Positions 38,549 through 50,938 of a stretch of DNA of 64,000 nt are shown here, piece by piece; the first letter of the stretch is position 1; the number at the start of each line of letters is the position of its first letter. The stretch covers positions 141,114,001 through 141,178,000 of the forward strand of contig CM059432.1 of assembly GCA_030390025.1 (NCBI GenBank), given 5' to 3'. The notes beneath the pieces were generated by a model, which had not been told where the DNA came from, made no database searches, and saw only the letters and a program-made list of their open reading frames with translations. This DNA comes from Squalus acanthias. Lineage: Eukaryota. Both the position numbers and the translations under genes were made by a program.

Positions 38549-39777
38549 TCATAGGATGGTTACAGCACAGAAGGAGGCCATTCGGCCCATCGAGCCCGTG
38601 CCACTCTCTGCAAGAGCACTTCAGCTAGTCCCACTCCCCTGCCCTTTCTCCGTAGCCCTGCAAAAAATTTTCCTTAAGGTACTTATCCAATCCCCTTTTG
38701 AAAGCCACGATTGAATCTGCCTCCAACACCCTTTCAGGCAGCCATTCCAGATCCTAACCACTCGCTGCATAATTTTTTTTCCCTCATGTTGCCTTTGTTC
38801 TTCTGCCAGTCACCTTAAATCTGTGTCCTCTGGTTCTCGACCCTTCTGCCAATGGGAATAGTTTCTCTCTATCTACTCTGTCTAGACCCCTCATGATTTT
38901 GAACACCTCTATCAAATCTCCTCCCAACCTTCTCTGCTCTAAGGAGAACAACCTCAGCTTCTCCAGTGTATCCATGTAACTGAAGTCCCTCATCCCTGGA
39001 ATCATTCTCGTAAATCTTTTCTGCACCCTCTCTAAGGCCTTCACATCCTTCCTAAAGTGCGGTGCCCAGAATTGGACACAATACTCCAGTTGAGGCCGAA
39101 CCAGTGTTTTATAAAGGTTCATCATAACTTCCTTGTTTTTGTACTCTATGCCTCTATTTATGAATGTGAGAAGTCGCACAACACCAGGTTATAGTCCAAC
39201 AGTTTTATTTGAAATCACAAGCTTTCACCTGACGAAATAAAACTGTTGAACTATAACCTGGTGTTGTGCGACTTCTCACATTTGTCCACCCCAGTCCAAC
39301 ACCGGCATCTCCACATCATGGCTTCTATTTATGAAGCCCAGGATCCCGTATGCTTTTTTAACCGCTTTCTCAACCTGCCCTGCAACGATTTGTGCACAAA
39401 TACCCCAGGTGTCTCTGTTCATGCACTCCCTTTAGAATTGTACCCTTTAGTTTATATTGTCTCTCCTCGCTCTTCCTACTAAAATGTATCACTTTGCACT
39501 TTTCTGTGTTAAATTTCATCTGCCACGTGTCCGCCCATTCCACCAGCCTGTCTATGTCCTCTTGAAGTCTATCACTATCCTCCTCACTGTTCACTATACT
39601 TCCAAGTTTTGTGTCATCTACAAATTTTGAAATTGTGCCCTGTACACCCAAGTCTTAAGTCATTAATATATATCAAGAAAAGCGGTGGTCCTAGTCCCGA
39701 CCCCTGGGGAACCTCACCGTGTACCTTCCTCCAGTCCGATAAACAACCGTTCACCGCTACTCTCTGTTTCCTGTCCT
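38549..39777 (-). mobile_element. 5'-truncated CR1 LINE interrupted by a Penelope-like fragment
   Basis: ISKFVDDTKLG and LVRPQLEYCVQFWAP ORFs, CR1 tail at ~38550. Confidence 0.93.
39165..39323. mobile_element. Fold-back Penelope-like fragment (family B) with 12-bp TSD
   Basis: About 46-bp inverted arms. tctatttatgaa at both 39153 and 39324. Same sequence as 50819-50938. Confidence 0.85.
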
Positions 39778-40689
39778 CACGTGGCTGCAGTATGTACTAT
39801 CAACAGCATGCACTATAGCAACATGCCGAGCTTACTTCAACAGCACTTTCTAATCCCCAAACCTCTGCCACTGAGAAACCGCAAGAGCAGCAATGTCATG
39901 GGAACCCATAAACTCCAAGTTCCCCTCGAAGTCACGCACCATACTGCTTTGGAATTGGACTGCCGTTTCTTTATCACTTTTCAACATTGGCATTGTAAAA
40001 GCTGCACGTAATTTTTTAAGCATTTGGCTTGAAGATATTCTTCAATCATACAATAAAAATAAGCAGTTGGGCTTCCACAAGGCTCTACTTTGTGCATGTG
40101 TCAATAATTCTTATTAAAATCTAGTCAAAAGCAGCATGTGCCTAAATTAAGCAGCACGAGCTACAGACACTGGTGCAGTGATGTAACTAGAATGTATTTT
40201 CCGTGGTCTGGTTTTCATTCTGCGGTGTTGGAGAGATACCACAGCCTTTTCCTGGCGCTCCTATCAGGAACCGAGTGGAGTGGGGATCCAACCCTTCCAT
40301 TCCATGATGCTGAGCATTTGACATCCAATACTCAATGCTACTCTGCTGTCTCTCTTTTTACTTTCTCTTTCTGTTTCTCTCTCTGCTTTTGCTCCCAGCC
40401 CATCGAGTTGCTGTCACCTCTCTTCAGTGATCTACAAAATGCTTTGGTGCATTCTGTTGGTTTCTCTTATTGGATAGTTTAAAAAAAAAATGGAATATGC
40501 TGAATAGTAGCATCAGCTATATTGACAAGAGGGTAAGTCGGGAATAAAGGTCGAGAGATGTGTGGAGTGCCCTGGATGGCCCCATCCATCATAAAATGTA
40601 CACATTTGAAAACATCCAGAGGTAAATAGATGAGCTGTACTGGATGGTGAATTTTGCTAAGATTTCCATTCCTTAATTTACATGCTGTT

Positions 40690-41400
40690 CTTTGGTGACA
40701 TCATCCACCGACACCGGATCAGCTTTCACCTCGATCTACTTCTCCACCACCTTTATGGCCAACCCCACCCTCAACAACTGCTTGTCCAACCTCCAGTTTT
40801 GGATGAGTCATAGCTTCCTCTAGTTCAACGTTGGAAAGATTGAAGCCACAGTCTTTGGGCCACACCACAAACTCCACTCCCTTGCCACTGATTCCATTCC
40901 ACTGGCCGGCCACCATCACAGGCTGAACCAGACAGTTTGCAACCTGTTCAACCCTGAGTTGCTCTGGCATCCGTCTGCGCAACGTTGCCCTCGTGCACCC
41001 TCACCTCAGTCCCTCAGCCGCTGAAACCCTTGTATAGTACGTGCTTTCACCACCTCGAGGCAACTACTCCAATGTCCTCCTTGCTGGCCTCCCACCCTTT
41101 GACCTTCATAAACTTCAACTTGTCCAGAACTCCGCCACACATTTCCTGCCCTGCACCAAGTCCCGCTCACACCTCACCTCTGTTCTCACTTGCCAACATT
41201 GGCTTTCAATCTCCTAATGCATTAAATTGAAAATCCTCACCCTTGTCTTTAAATTCCCCCCATAGCATTGCCCCACGCTATCACTGCAATCCCTTGCAGT
41301 CCTATATACCACCCTCCACCCGAACACTCCCTTCCTCAAGGATCTTGTGTGCTTCCCCCTTCCCTTCACCCCACCTCTGGTGACAGACCCTTCAGCTGTC
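40690..41400 (+). mobile_element. Degraded L2-like LINE
   Basis: ttttggatgagtcatagcttcctctagttcaacgttggaaagattgaagcc (WMS.xFL.xN.xK.E-like) and aaacttcaacttgtccagaactcc (KLQLVQNS). Confidence 0.7.
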
Positions 41401-42439
41401 AGTGTCCCAGCAATTGTTTCATATAATATCAGAGAAAATTTATCTTTGTAAATTTTGTCGTGCTGAGTATTAAAAGAATTCTCTGCTTCATTACGGTAAT
41501 CTGATATTGTCACAGAAATTGTACTGCCCTCCTAAAGGGTTAAGTTCAAGGACTTTTGGTTCCAAACTTATGTAACCACAAATGCAGTGTAGTGATTTGA
41601 AGCATATGTCTCGTAGTCATGTAAAAGCTTCAGAGTGTGTTAATAGACTACTCCTAAGCAGAAAATAATAGCTGTTTTTAGTCAGACAGGCTTGCAGTAC
41701 CTTCAGACATGTACAGTGCTATCCAAGTTGGAACAATTAGATGGAAAAAGCATTCACTTTCCAAATATTAATGCTGTATTTCAGCTCTGAGAAATACAAA
41801 CTTTGCCGCACACGCTCCCCCATGTACTAGTCAATTTATATCAAGTAAACCTGTTGTATATAAGATCTAATCTCTATTATCTCTTCGAAAAGAAACTGAT
41901 TTGTCCTACTATTTTAACAGTACAAATTTACTTAGGGCTTTCAGTGAGGATTTGATTTATCAGTTGTTGAAAAACATCTGCTATTGTTCAAACCTATAAT
42001 CTGTTTTCTTTAGTCTACTCTGCATAGTCCTTTTGAATATTAATGTGTTCAGAGCCGAAAAAATTCACTTGATATGCTATAACTTCCTCAAAGTATGTTT
42101 TTCTCCAGATTTATAGTGCTAAACGTTTCATTTTATAGTGAGCAAAATCATAGAACATATTTTTGAATTTACATCTGAGATGTTATAATAAAGAAACAGG
42201 CCATTTGGCCCATCAAGTCTGTACCAGTGTTTTTTCTCCCACAAGAGTCACCCAATCTCATCCCACTCTTCCGCTCCCCACACCCTTTAATATTCTTTTT
42301 CAAGCATCTGTTTCTCTTTTAGAATAACTTATGGGAACTTCTTCAGCTATGGTTTGTGTAAGAGAAGTCCACATTTGAACTGCTCATAATCTATGTAACT
42401 AAAAGTTTTGCATTTATTACAATTGCTACTTGGATTTAC

Positions 42440-42800
42440 ATAGCGTATTTAACCTAAAAAAAACTTCTCAAAAGCATTTCACTTAGGATGAAGTGAATGC
42501 TGAATGGTGGTAGAAGAGCTGGGAGAGATAAGCGTAAGCACAGTAGAAAAAATAGATTTGAGGAGGCTGTTAAATTGGGGAGAGAAGTAGCAACCCAAAG
42601 ACTTTTTAAGGAAGGAGTAATGCCAAGGTGACTAAAAGCTCTTGCGCTGATAGAGTAGTGGTGGGAAGTGGGGATGAACAGAGTGAGAGGATTGAAAGGC
42701 ATGAGCTGGGATATAGGCTAGAGGAGGTTACAGAGGTAGGGTGGGGTGAGGCCATGTAGGCATTTGTAAACAAAGATTTTGAGGCGCAAATGACAAAAAT
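42440..42800 (-). mobile_element. Degraded L2-like 3' fragment
   Basis: Minus strand reads KIFVYKCLHGLTPPYLCNLL. Confidence 0.65.
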
Positions 42801-43088
42801 ATAGACTAACAACAGCGATGTTAATGCATAAATGAAATGATCTGAAATTGCACAATGGGATGTTACTGCATAAATACATTCCTCCGAAATTCCCCTCTCC
42901 AGATCCGTTCACCAATTTACATTAAACAAGTTACCATCTCCGCTAAGCAAGTGGAAAAAAGAATTTAAGACAATTAAGTTAAGAGTTCATACCCTATTAT
43001 CCCACAGTGTCATTTTCAGAATCATTGTGACCTTAAAGGGGCATGCCACAGTGTGCAAAGCTGCCTCTTAGCAGGAGAATAAGACATT

Positions 43089-43783
43089 GGCCCATAATTT
43101 GAAATCAGCGGCAAAGCATAGGGGTTCGCCGCTGGCCCCGAAGAAAGCTTCCCACAAAGATCTCGCGATCTCTGTGGCGAGAAGTTCAGCTTTTTCAACG
43201 TTCAGTTGAGACCCGTGCAGTGTAGTGGGAATTCCATAGTGCAAACTGCTGTGACGTCAACAAGCTGTCTAATAAGCCAATCACATTGTAGAATTCTCAC
43301 TGACAGGGAACCAGAAAGTGAAGAAGTTGCTTTTATTTGGACTTTTAAAAAATGTTACAGAGAGCAAAACAAAGATATATTTTTTAAAGTTTCTTAAAAC
43401 TTGTAATTTTTATTAAAATGGAGAAATTTAACACTTCACAAAATTAAAATTAGTTTTTCAGGGACATAATGTTTGTTTAGCAGTCAATACGACATTAAAA
43501 CCCCAGTTACACCTAATCCAACAAGGTCTAACTTTTAATGTGGTATTTAACAGCGATATTACTGCAGAAAAGCCAAAGTTTTCGTCCATTTCACTGATTT
43601 CCTTGATCGCACTGATTGCCGGCTATGGAGGGGTGGGCAGCACAGCGCAGCCAGTGTGGGAGCAGTGAATGACTGACCACAGCTTCAGGATTTCCACGTT
43701 AGGGTGCGCATGTGCTACATCCTGAAGTTGCAGTCAGTTTCAAAGGGGTAATAACCGTTATTACCCACCACAAATTCCGGGCC
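43089..43783. mobile_element. Non-autonomous TIR element
   Basis: TIRs ggcccataatttg / caaattccgggcc, flanked by ATT and AAT. Homologous to 12480-12799. Confidence 0.7.
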
Positions 43784-45379
43784 AATATTCATAATGTGGT
43801 ATATCGTTATAAAACTGTCTATCAACTGACTTGCTGTAGACAGTGTAATGGGAGATCTGCTAGCATTACAAATTATATGTGTATATATATAAAATTGTTT
43901 ACTGGTAACCAACTGTTGTTTATCACTTGATGAGCTTGTAGTAATTGTGTTGCAATTGTTCATCCTGTCCTGTATCATCGTACATTTACATGTTAACCAT
44001 CATTCCGCCCGTAGGAAAAAAGTTGAACCTGAATGAAATTACCCTGATTTAGTGCTGCAGTTTGAGTCTGCATCTGTGGACTAGGGACAAGGAAAATCAG
44101 CTTCATTTGTGGTGCTCTTTTGGTCAAATATCCTAGTGACAATTATTCTTCAGGCTCGCACATCAAAACTGATTGAGTGAAGTATCAGAGGTTGGTTGGC
44201 ACATGTTGAGCCATCAAGATCCAATGGCATTGGGAGGGATGACAAACTGACAGAATTTAGAGGGTAATAATCTTATCTGGGGGGGCAGATGATGGTTTTA
44301 AACTGCTAGAGATTTGTTCTCGTGCTTTGACATATCTGAGCCCTTCAGAATTACTACCTTAAATGCCTACTAGCTATACATTATTCTCTCCATATTAGCC
44401 TTCCTGGGAGAAATCTGCAGCAGACCACAAGGGGTTAAATGCAAATAGTTTCAGAGCGATTGAGTAAAATGTTGGAATTAAAATTAAAATGCGTGTCTTT
44501 GGAATATTCTTCTTGCTCGAAAGAGCCATTGATTGACAGCTGTGCTGAACTAGGGAGAAAGTGGAGGGTGGGGGATAGCTTGATTCTTTAGTCATCTCAG
44601 ACTGCAGTTACTGATCAGAGGCCAGTAGCTGCCAGTTGGAATGCCCAATCAGCAGAGCGGAGTTACTACATCCGGACCTCTTGTTAGGTCATCACTGAGG
44701 CACAGCAACAACAGAGCTTGTTTTGCTTGCACTTCTCCAACATTTAACTTTGTGATAGGAAGGAGGCAGGTAGGGACATCCACTTCCTCCGAATGTTAAA
44801 AAGATTCCATAAAAAGTTTTAAAAGTTCCAGGAAATCCAAAGGACAGTGGGGGCTCTTTTAAATTACCGCTTCACAACGGACTAGAGTTACACTCCAACT
44901 GGTGCAAACTAAAAGTAGTGTGCGATGGCCTCCTGGCAGCGTCTCATACTGCTTGTCTTTGGTACACTCACGTGTCAGATTGGGACTGGACACTGTTATA
45001 TTGCCACTTTTCATGTCATTGCTTCTTTGCATTCATGTGAAAGTGGCAGCATAATTGGAGTCCTAATGACAGTTTAAAAAAAATTCAAACAGTCATTTAA
45101 GAACTGTTTTTAATCTTCATTTGGCTTTGGAATTATTCAGCTGTCAACTCTGATTGAATCAGAGACCCTGTGTTCACAGATGTTAATGAAAAGCAATTTC
45201 ATGAAGTCGCCTGAATGTTATGATTACCCGTTCCATGCTGCTTTGATTTTAGTGCAGTGCAAGCAATTAGTTTGTCACGTGGCTGCTAACTGCACATCCA
45301 TGTTCACAAATAAGACGCAAGATTATTATAAATTTATTATTAATAGCATGCCATAAGTGCTCTTTTCACATAAAACAAT

Positions 45380-46138
45380 GGGCCGGATCTTGCTGGAAAA
45401 ATAACGGCTCGTTAACGATGCACGCCGTTATTATGGCACAAATCGGCCAGCAAGTTCAGGGGATTAAGAGTTACACCATGAGTTGTGAATCTCCAGAACT
45501 AGTTGGTCGATTTACACTGCTCCGCTTCACACAAACAGCATCTCGCCCTTGGCCTCCCCGTTATTTTTAAGAACTTGCTGGATTTGCACATTAATTGTCC
45601 ATTAAACTCGTCGCAGAAAGTTAGGGCTGGAACTTAACAGCATTAGTACCCTTTTAACGACATGATAATTGTTAATGCAATGCCAATCAACCTCTCTAGC
45701 CCAGAAAGAAAACAATTTAAACTGTTCAATCTCATTCCTTCAGGTGGTGAATTGTTGTTAGAGATTTTAAAAATGTCAATTTTTTAAAAAAAAATTCTTA
45801 CTATTTCTTTCTGTCTTTTTTTCTCTCTCACTTAATCCAATCTTTCTTTCCCGCTATTTATTTCTCTCTCTCTACCTGATTTGACTCTAATTCACCGTAT
45901 TTCCTTCTCCATCGTTCCTCTGTTTCTTTCTGAATGCTTAAATCTCATTGGTTAAGGAGATAGACTGTTGGTCCCATCGTTCACTGAGGTTCCAGATGCC
46001 CCGTTACCCTCGCCACGTCGTTATCAGCTCGCACTTCCAGCAAGTTATGGCGCAAAAATATTTTAAGCTGAAGGGTGCAGAAAAACATTAATTAACAGAG
46101 CACGCTGCAAGATACCCCAATCCAGCAGAATTCGGCCC
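45380..46138. mobile_element. Non-autonomous TIR element
   Basis: TIRs gggccggatcttgctgga / tccagcagaattcggccc. Interior resembles the reverse complement of 61134-61872. Confidence 0.75.
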
Positions 46139-47479
46139 ACTGGATTTGCAAACTAAAGAGAACTGCAGATTGCCTGGCCCTTCCATCTGACTGCTGGCTC
46201 CTTTGATCTGGTACTTGTGGAACACCTCACAATAGCAGTAAGAGTTGCAAAGTAAAAACAATTCTGAAATGAATGTTTTCAGCTTCTGAAAATCATTGCT
46301 TCTGTTACAAATGACTTCTATACTCTGCTTACAAGCAAACTTAATCCAACTGTGAATCTTTCCTTTGATTCACTTCCGTGACATTAAGTTCCTAATACAT
46401 GGCAAGCTGCCTTGGTTAGAAATATCTGAGGGGTGGAAGGAGCTGCTTTATGATTCACTAATCCAATATAATTCTTTATATCGTAGAACAACTTCAAGAA
46501 GCGGCGTTTTCAGTATAACCCGAACTCTGCCAATACTACGATAATCCACCCTTTTTAAAAATTCCACGGGTATTCTACAGCTTTGCATGCCAGAACGTCC
46601 TCAACCACTGGGGACAGTCCATTGCACCACTGATGTGTACGGGCAGTTAAGCACAGCCCGGCTACAACCAGATGAGATGCAACAGCATTTATATTTGGCA
46701 CCAGGGTGCGGGCTGCCTCCAAAGATGCAGTTTAAAAAGTGCCTTTTAAGTCCATCTTAGCACCTCTGGAGGCTGCAGTGACACCTCATTTGCTTTACAG
46801 CACCTGCACTGTAAAGGGAGCATAAATGAATTTGTGAACTATGTTCTCTAATAGACTGCCTTTAGAACCTCTGTGAAAGTTTCTAAATGTTTTAATACTC
46901 ACAATTCATTAAAAAAAATATTTTTTTTCAATTTCGAATTTATCATCAGATGTCGAATCTGCTTTACCACTCATATATTTTATTGTGTATTTTTTTCTGT
47001 TTAATCAAGGCCGTACAGAAACAAAAGCCGAGCTCAACACTGGGGGAAAAGCTAGCTAATAACAACCTGTGTTCGAGCAATTGATTGACAAAATGTCAAG
47101 GAGGAGGGGGATAAGGGTCGAGCATTTAGTAAGCAATACATCCAAAAGCTTAGCAACATATATTGAAGCAATTACTTGAGAAAATGTCAAGGAAGAGGGG
47201 ATAAGGGCTGAGTATTTAGTAAACGCTGCATCCTAAATAGTACAATATCATTGTTCTGTGCAGATCCCTATATGGGACTGCATGTCCAAATTAAAAGTAG
47301 CATTATCTTGCGCACTTTAAAACTATAACTTGTACAAGCTTAATTGTGCTGCAAATATCACCAGGTATAAGAATGCAACTCCCCATCCTGTATTCAGATA
47401 TATCTTACACATGGAACTCGGAATATTCCATCTAGTTTTAGTTTCCACGTTGGTGATGGATATTGAGGCTAACTTGCAC

Positions 47480-47942
47480 CAAGTCCCATTCACCCATCAC
47501 CCCTGTGCTCGTTGAACTGCATTGGCTCCCGGTCCAGCAACGCCTCGATTTAAAAATTCTCATCCTTGTTTTCAAATCCCTCCACGGCCTCGCCCCCTCC
47601 CTATCTCTGTAATCTCCTCCAGCCCCACAATCCTCCGAGATCTCTGCTTCTCCAATTCTGACCTCCTTGAGCATCCCCGATTTTCATCGCTCCACCATTG
47701 GCGGCCGTGCCTTCAGCTGCCTGGGTCCTGAGCTCTGGAATTCCCTCCCTAAACCTCTCCGCCTCTCTCTCCTCCTTTAAGACGCTCCTTAAAACCTATC
47801 TCTTTGGCCAAGCTTTTGGTCACCTGCCCTAATATCTCTTTATGTGGCTCGGTTTCAAATTTTGTTTGATAATCGCTCCTGTGAAGCACCTTGGGACATT
47901 TTACTACATTAACGGTGCTATATAAATGCAAGTTGTTGTTGT
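47480..47942 (+). mobile_element. L2-like LINE 3' end
   Basis: PITPVLVELHWLPVQQRLDLKILILVFKSLHGLAP-like reading, tail ggtgctatataaatgcaagttgttgttgt. Confidence 0.88.
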
Positions 47943-48084
47943 AGGAAAGGTGTAGAAAAAAAGGAATCCGGACAATACCTAAACTTAGAATCCTAGTTAC
48001 AAGTATAGCCATATGGAGTTATTCACTTTGGAGAAATGTAGGCTCAGGGATATGATTGAGATTATGATAGGGTTGAAACTAGTA

Positions 48085-49580
48085 GAAACATAGGAATGTA
48101 CAGTACTGGAAAAGACTATTGCTATCCATCTGGCTGGTTCCAGTGTCTCGGAAATATCAAATCCCATGATGCTTGTCATGCCTCTCTACCAATTTTTTCT
48201 GCAGGCACTTATCCAACCGTCTCTTAAATTTTCTAATACAATCAGTCACACCTTCCTCCCTTGGCAGTCCAGTCCATACATTCACCACCTTGTGTATGAA
48301 ATTGTTAAATCTAAATCCCCTTTTCACCCTTTCTCTCTTTGGTTTATGCCCCCTTGCTGCAGAATCTGTGACTGTATTTAAACATATTCTATACCTTTCA
48401 GGATCTTGATTACTTCCATATCGTCATCCCTTCTCCAGTGTAAATAGTCCCGTTTCTGCAGCCTCTCCTCATAACTCAGGGGTCGAATGCCAGCTATCAG
48501 TGTCTTTCTTATAAGGTGGTCACCAGCATTGTGCGCAGCACTCCAGGTGGAGCCAGACCAGTGGTCTGTATAAACTCGGACTCACTTCCTGAGATTTGTG
48601 CTCTATTCCCCTGGTTATACAGCCTAAGATTCTATTTGCAGTGTTTGCTGCTGCCACACACTCTGCTAATGACGTCAGCAATCTATGCACCAGTACTCCC
48701 AACTCACTCTCCTGTGTTCTGTCCTGTCGAATAATATTATTTAGTTTATATTACCACTGCTTATCATTTCCTAACCCCATAGCTTTGCATTTGTCCACAT
48801 TATATATCTGCCATTCATCAGCCCAGGTTTCGAGTCTGTCCAGTTCCTTCTGTATTTGATCGGCCTATTCCCTGTTGTTTTCAGTTCCTTCCAGTTTGAT
48901 AGCACCTGCGAATGTGGAGAGTTTTGTTTCTGTTCTGACTTCCAAGTCATTTGCGTATGCTATAAACAGCAGTAGCCCCAGCCTTGCTCCCCGAGGCACC
49001 CTAGTAATTACCTCGTTCCATGCTGGTCCAGCTCCACGTTTACCCATTCATTGCTTCCTTTGTTTCAACTCATTTACAACCTGTTTCAGACGCAGTCCAC
49101 CTGTGCAGCATCTTGCCAGTCTGTAGACAGATTTCCTATACGGCGCTTCATCAGAAGCTTAGCTGAAATCTTAATAAACATCATCTGCTGAGCTCCACCT
49201 GTCCACGAGATTTGTTAAATCCTCCAAGAGCACCCAGGAGATTTAATGGCATGATCTCCCCTCCCCATGCTGGCTCCCTCTTACAGTTCCATATTTCTCC
49301 GGTTGATTCATCATTCATTCCTTCAAGATGCCCGGCAGTGCTTTTCCTATAATGTCAGGCTGACTGGTGTGTAGTTCCCTGGGTTATCTCTTTAATAGAT
49401 TAGTATCACATTTTGCTTTTCCTGAATTCTCGGGCACAGTTCCCATTTCCAAGTATTCCCGATAGATGCCTGCCGTAACATGAACCCGTTTCATCAACTA
49501 CTGTACTTCCTTATGGACCCTCAGGTGCAATCACCCTGAATCCAGGGCCTTGGCTTTCTTCAGTGCCGACATTCTGTCCA
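48085..49580 (-). mobile_element. Degraded CR1 LINE
   Basis: Minus strand reads ANRILGCITRGIEHKSQEV, VPRGARLGLLLFIAYANDL and LSTFAGAIKL. Confidence 0.85.
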
Positions 49581-49932
49581 TCACCTCCGTTCAGGAACGT
49601 CTCTGGTTTTCCCTAATCTGTGCTGATTTCAGCCAGAGTGGTGATAATTGCCTCAGTGCTCATTGGATAAAGAGGGGGAAAAGCAGCTCAGGTTCCTGTC
49701 CCTGATGACTAAAGGGTGATCCGTGCTGGAAGTGCATATGTGCAGATGCCAGGCGATGAGTGGACTAGACTTGGTTGTAATAACCACCCCCCCACCATGC
49801 TCAAATACCTTACTGTCAGTTCCAGGCTCAGAAATGAATGATGGCTATTTGTGTGAAGTTCAGGAGGGTGCCTGGCACCTGTGCACTTTATACCTCATCG
49901 AAATGTAAACACCTCCAGGAAAGGAGAAATTT

Positions 49933-50160
49933 CATAGAATCACACAGCATAGAAGGAGGCCATTCGGCCCATCGTGCCTGTGCCGACTCTTTGAAATAGC
50001 TATCCAATTAGTCCCATTCCCTTGCTCTTTCCCACATAGCCCTAAAAAAGTTTCCTTTTCAAGTATTTATCCAATTCCCCTTTTGAAAGGTACTAGTTAA
50101 TCTGCTTCCACCACCCTTTCAGGCAGTGCATTCCAGATCATAACAACTCGCTGCGTTTAA
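49933..50160 (-). mobile_element. CR1 3' end fragment
   Basis: catagaatcacacagcatagaaggaggccattcggcccatcgtgcc..., matching 30690 and 38549. Confidence 0.85.
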
Positions 50161-50489
50161 AAAAAAAAAAATCTTTCTCATCTCCCCTCTCTATCTTGTT
50201 TGGAGTGGAGGGAAACTGTTGCTAAAAGAGCGAATGTAGAATGTATTATAAGTGAGTAACACCGTTTATAATCCGTATCAGTTACATAGAAATTACTACA
50301 CAGAAACAGACAGTGTGGATCAACCAGTCCATGTTGGTGTTTATCCTCTGCGAGTGCTTGAAGTATAATCATTTTACTGATTTAGTCCTATCACATATGA
50401 ACAATGGTGGTTGTTCCTAGCATTTCTATTTTTTCTTAAATTTTTCAGTGCAATAGTTTCATGGGTTCATGTCACGCTACATGTAACCC

Positions 50490-50620
50490 CACCTGACGTA
50501 GAGTCATCCAGACTCGAGTCGTCGTTGGCTTGTTCTCTCTACACAGATGCGGCCGGACCTGCTGTGATTTCCAGCAAAAAAAGTTTTTTGTTTTCCATAC
50601 AGACCCCAGCATCTGCCACA
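50490..50620 (+). mobile_element. Old Penelope-like terminal fragment with decayed hammerhead
   Basis: ctgacgta-gagtc-atcca-gactc-ga..., then ctctctacacagatgcggccggacctgctg, similar to family A. Confidence 0.55.
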
Positions 50621-50669
50621 TTTGACCCCTTGTGACCCCACCTCATTGTCTTTGATGTAATGTTTTCCT

Positions 50670-50938
50670 GACTGACCTGTTTGGACACCATCCACACCTT
50701 TGATTGCCGTGATTGTCTCTCTGCCGAGGTGTGATAAAGGGCAGTTAGAAAGATTAACTGTAATCGTCTGGCAGTGTTCTCTGACTATATATGCTGTGCC
50801 TATATGCATCTCTTCACTTCACCTGACGAAGGAGCAGCGCTCCGAAAGCTTGTGATTTCAAATAAAACTGTTGGACTATAACCTGGTGTTGTGCGACTTC
50901 TCACATTTGTCCACCCCAGTCCAACACCGGCATCTCCA
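50670..50938 (+). mobile_element. Penelope-like terminal fragment (family B); left boundary uncertain
   Basis: Hammerhead at 50819-50855, and the 3' ~80 bp is nearly identical to 39235-39314. Confidence 0.65.
50819..50855 (+). ncRNA. Minimal type I hammerhead ribozyme motif (family B)
   Basis: UCAC-CUGACGA-A-GGAGC-agc-GCUCC-GAAAG-CUU-GUGA, with palindromic stem III AAGCUU. Confidence 0.72.

Larger units (their letters stand above)
36880..40010 (+). mobile_element. Old LINE (related to 9114-10457) split by nested RTE and CR1 insertions
   Basis: LSPTTFSCFISDLP and VFADD at 36880-36960. AHAK|LQQELHNIQAW rejoins across the RTE. gtggctgcagtatgtactatc... at 39780 matches 10082 onward. Confidence 0.7.

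Noticed and set aside
47010..47055. Possible alternative MRPL13 last exon (PPYRNKSRAQHWGKS*) after a pyrimidine tract and AAG
   Set aside because: In frame, but the resemblance is only PP.YR. The 58847 exon has a stronger acceptor and a better match. Would need RNA evidence.
49620..49925. Old SINE-like segment with weak similarity to ~10740-10830 and ~44040-44210
   Set aside because: Too diverged to delimit or classify by eye.
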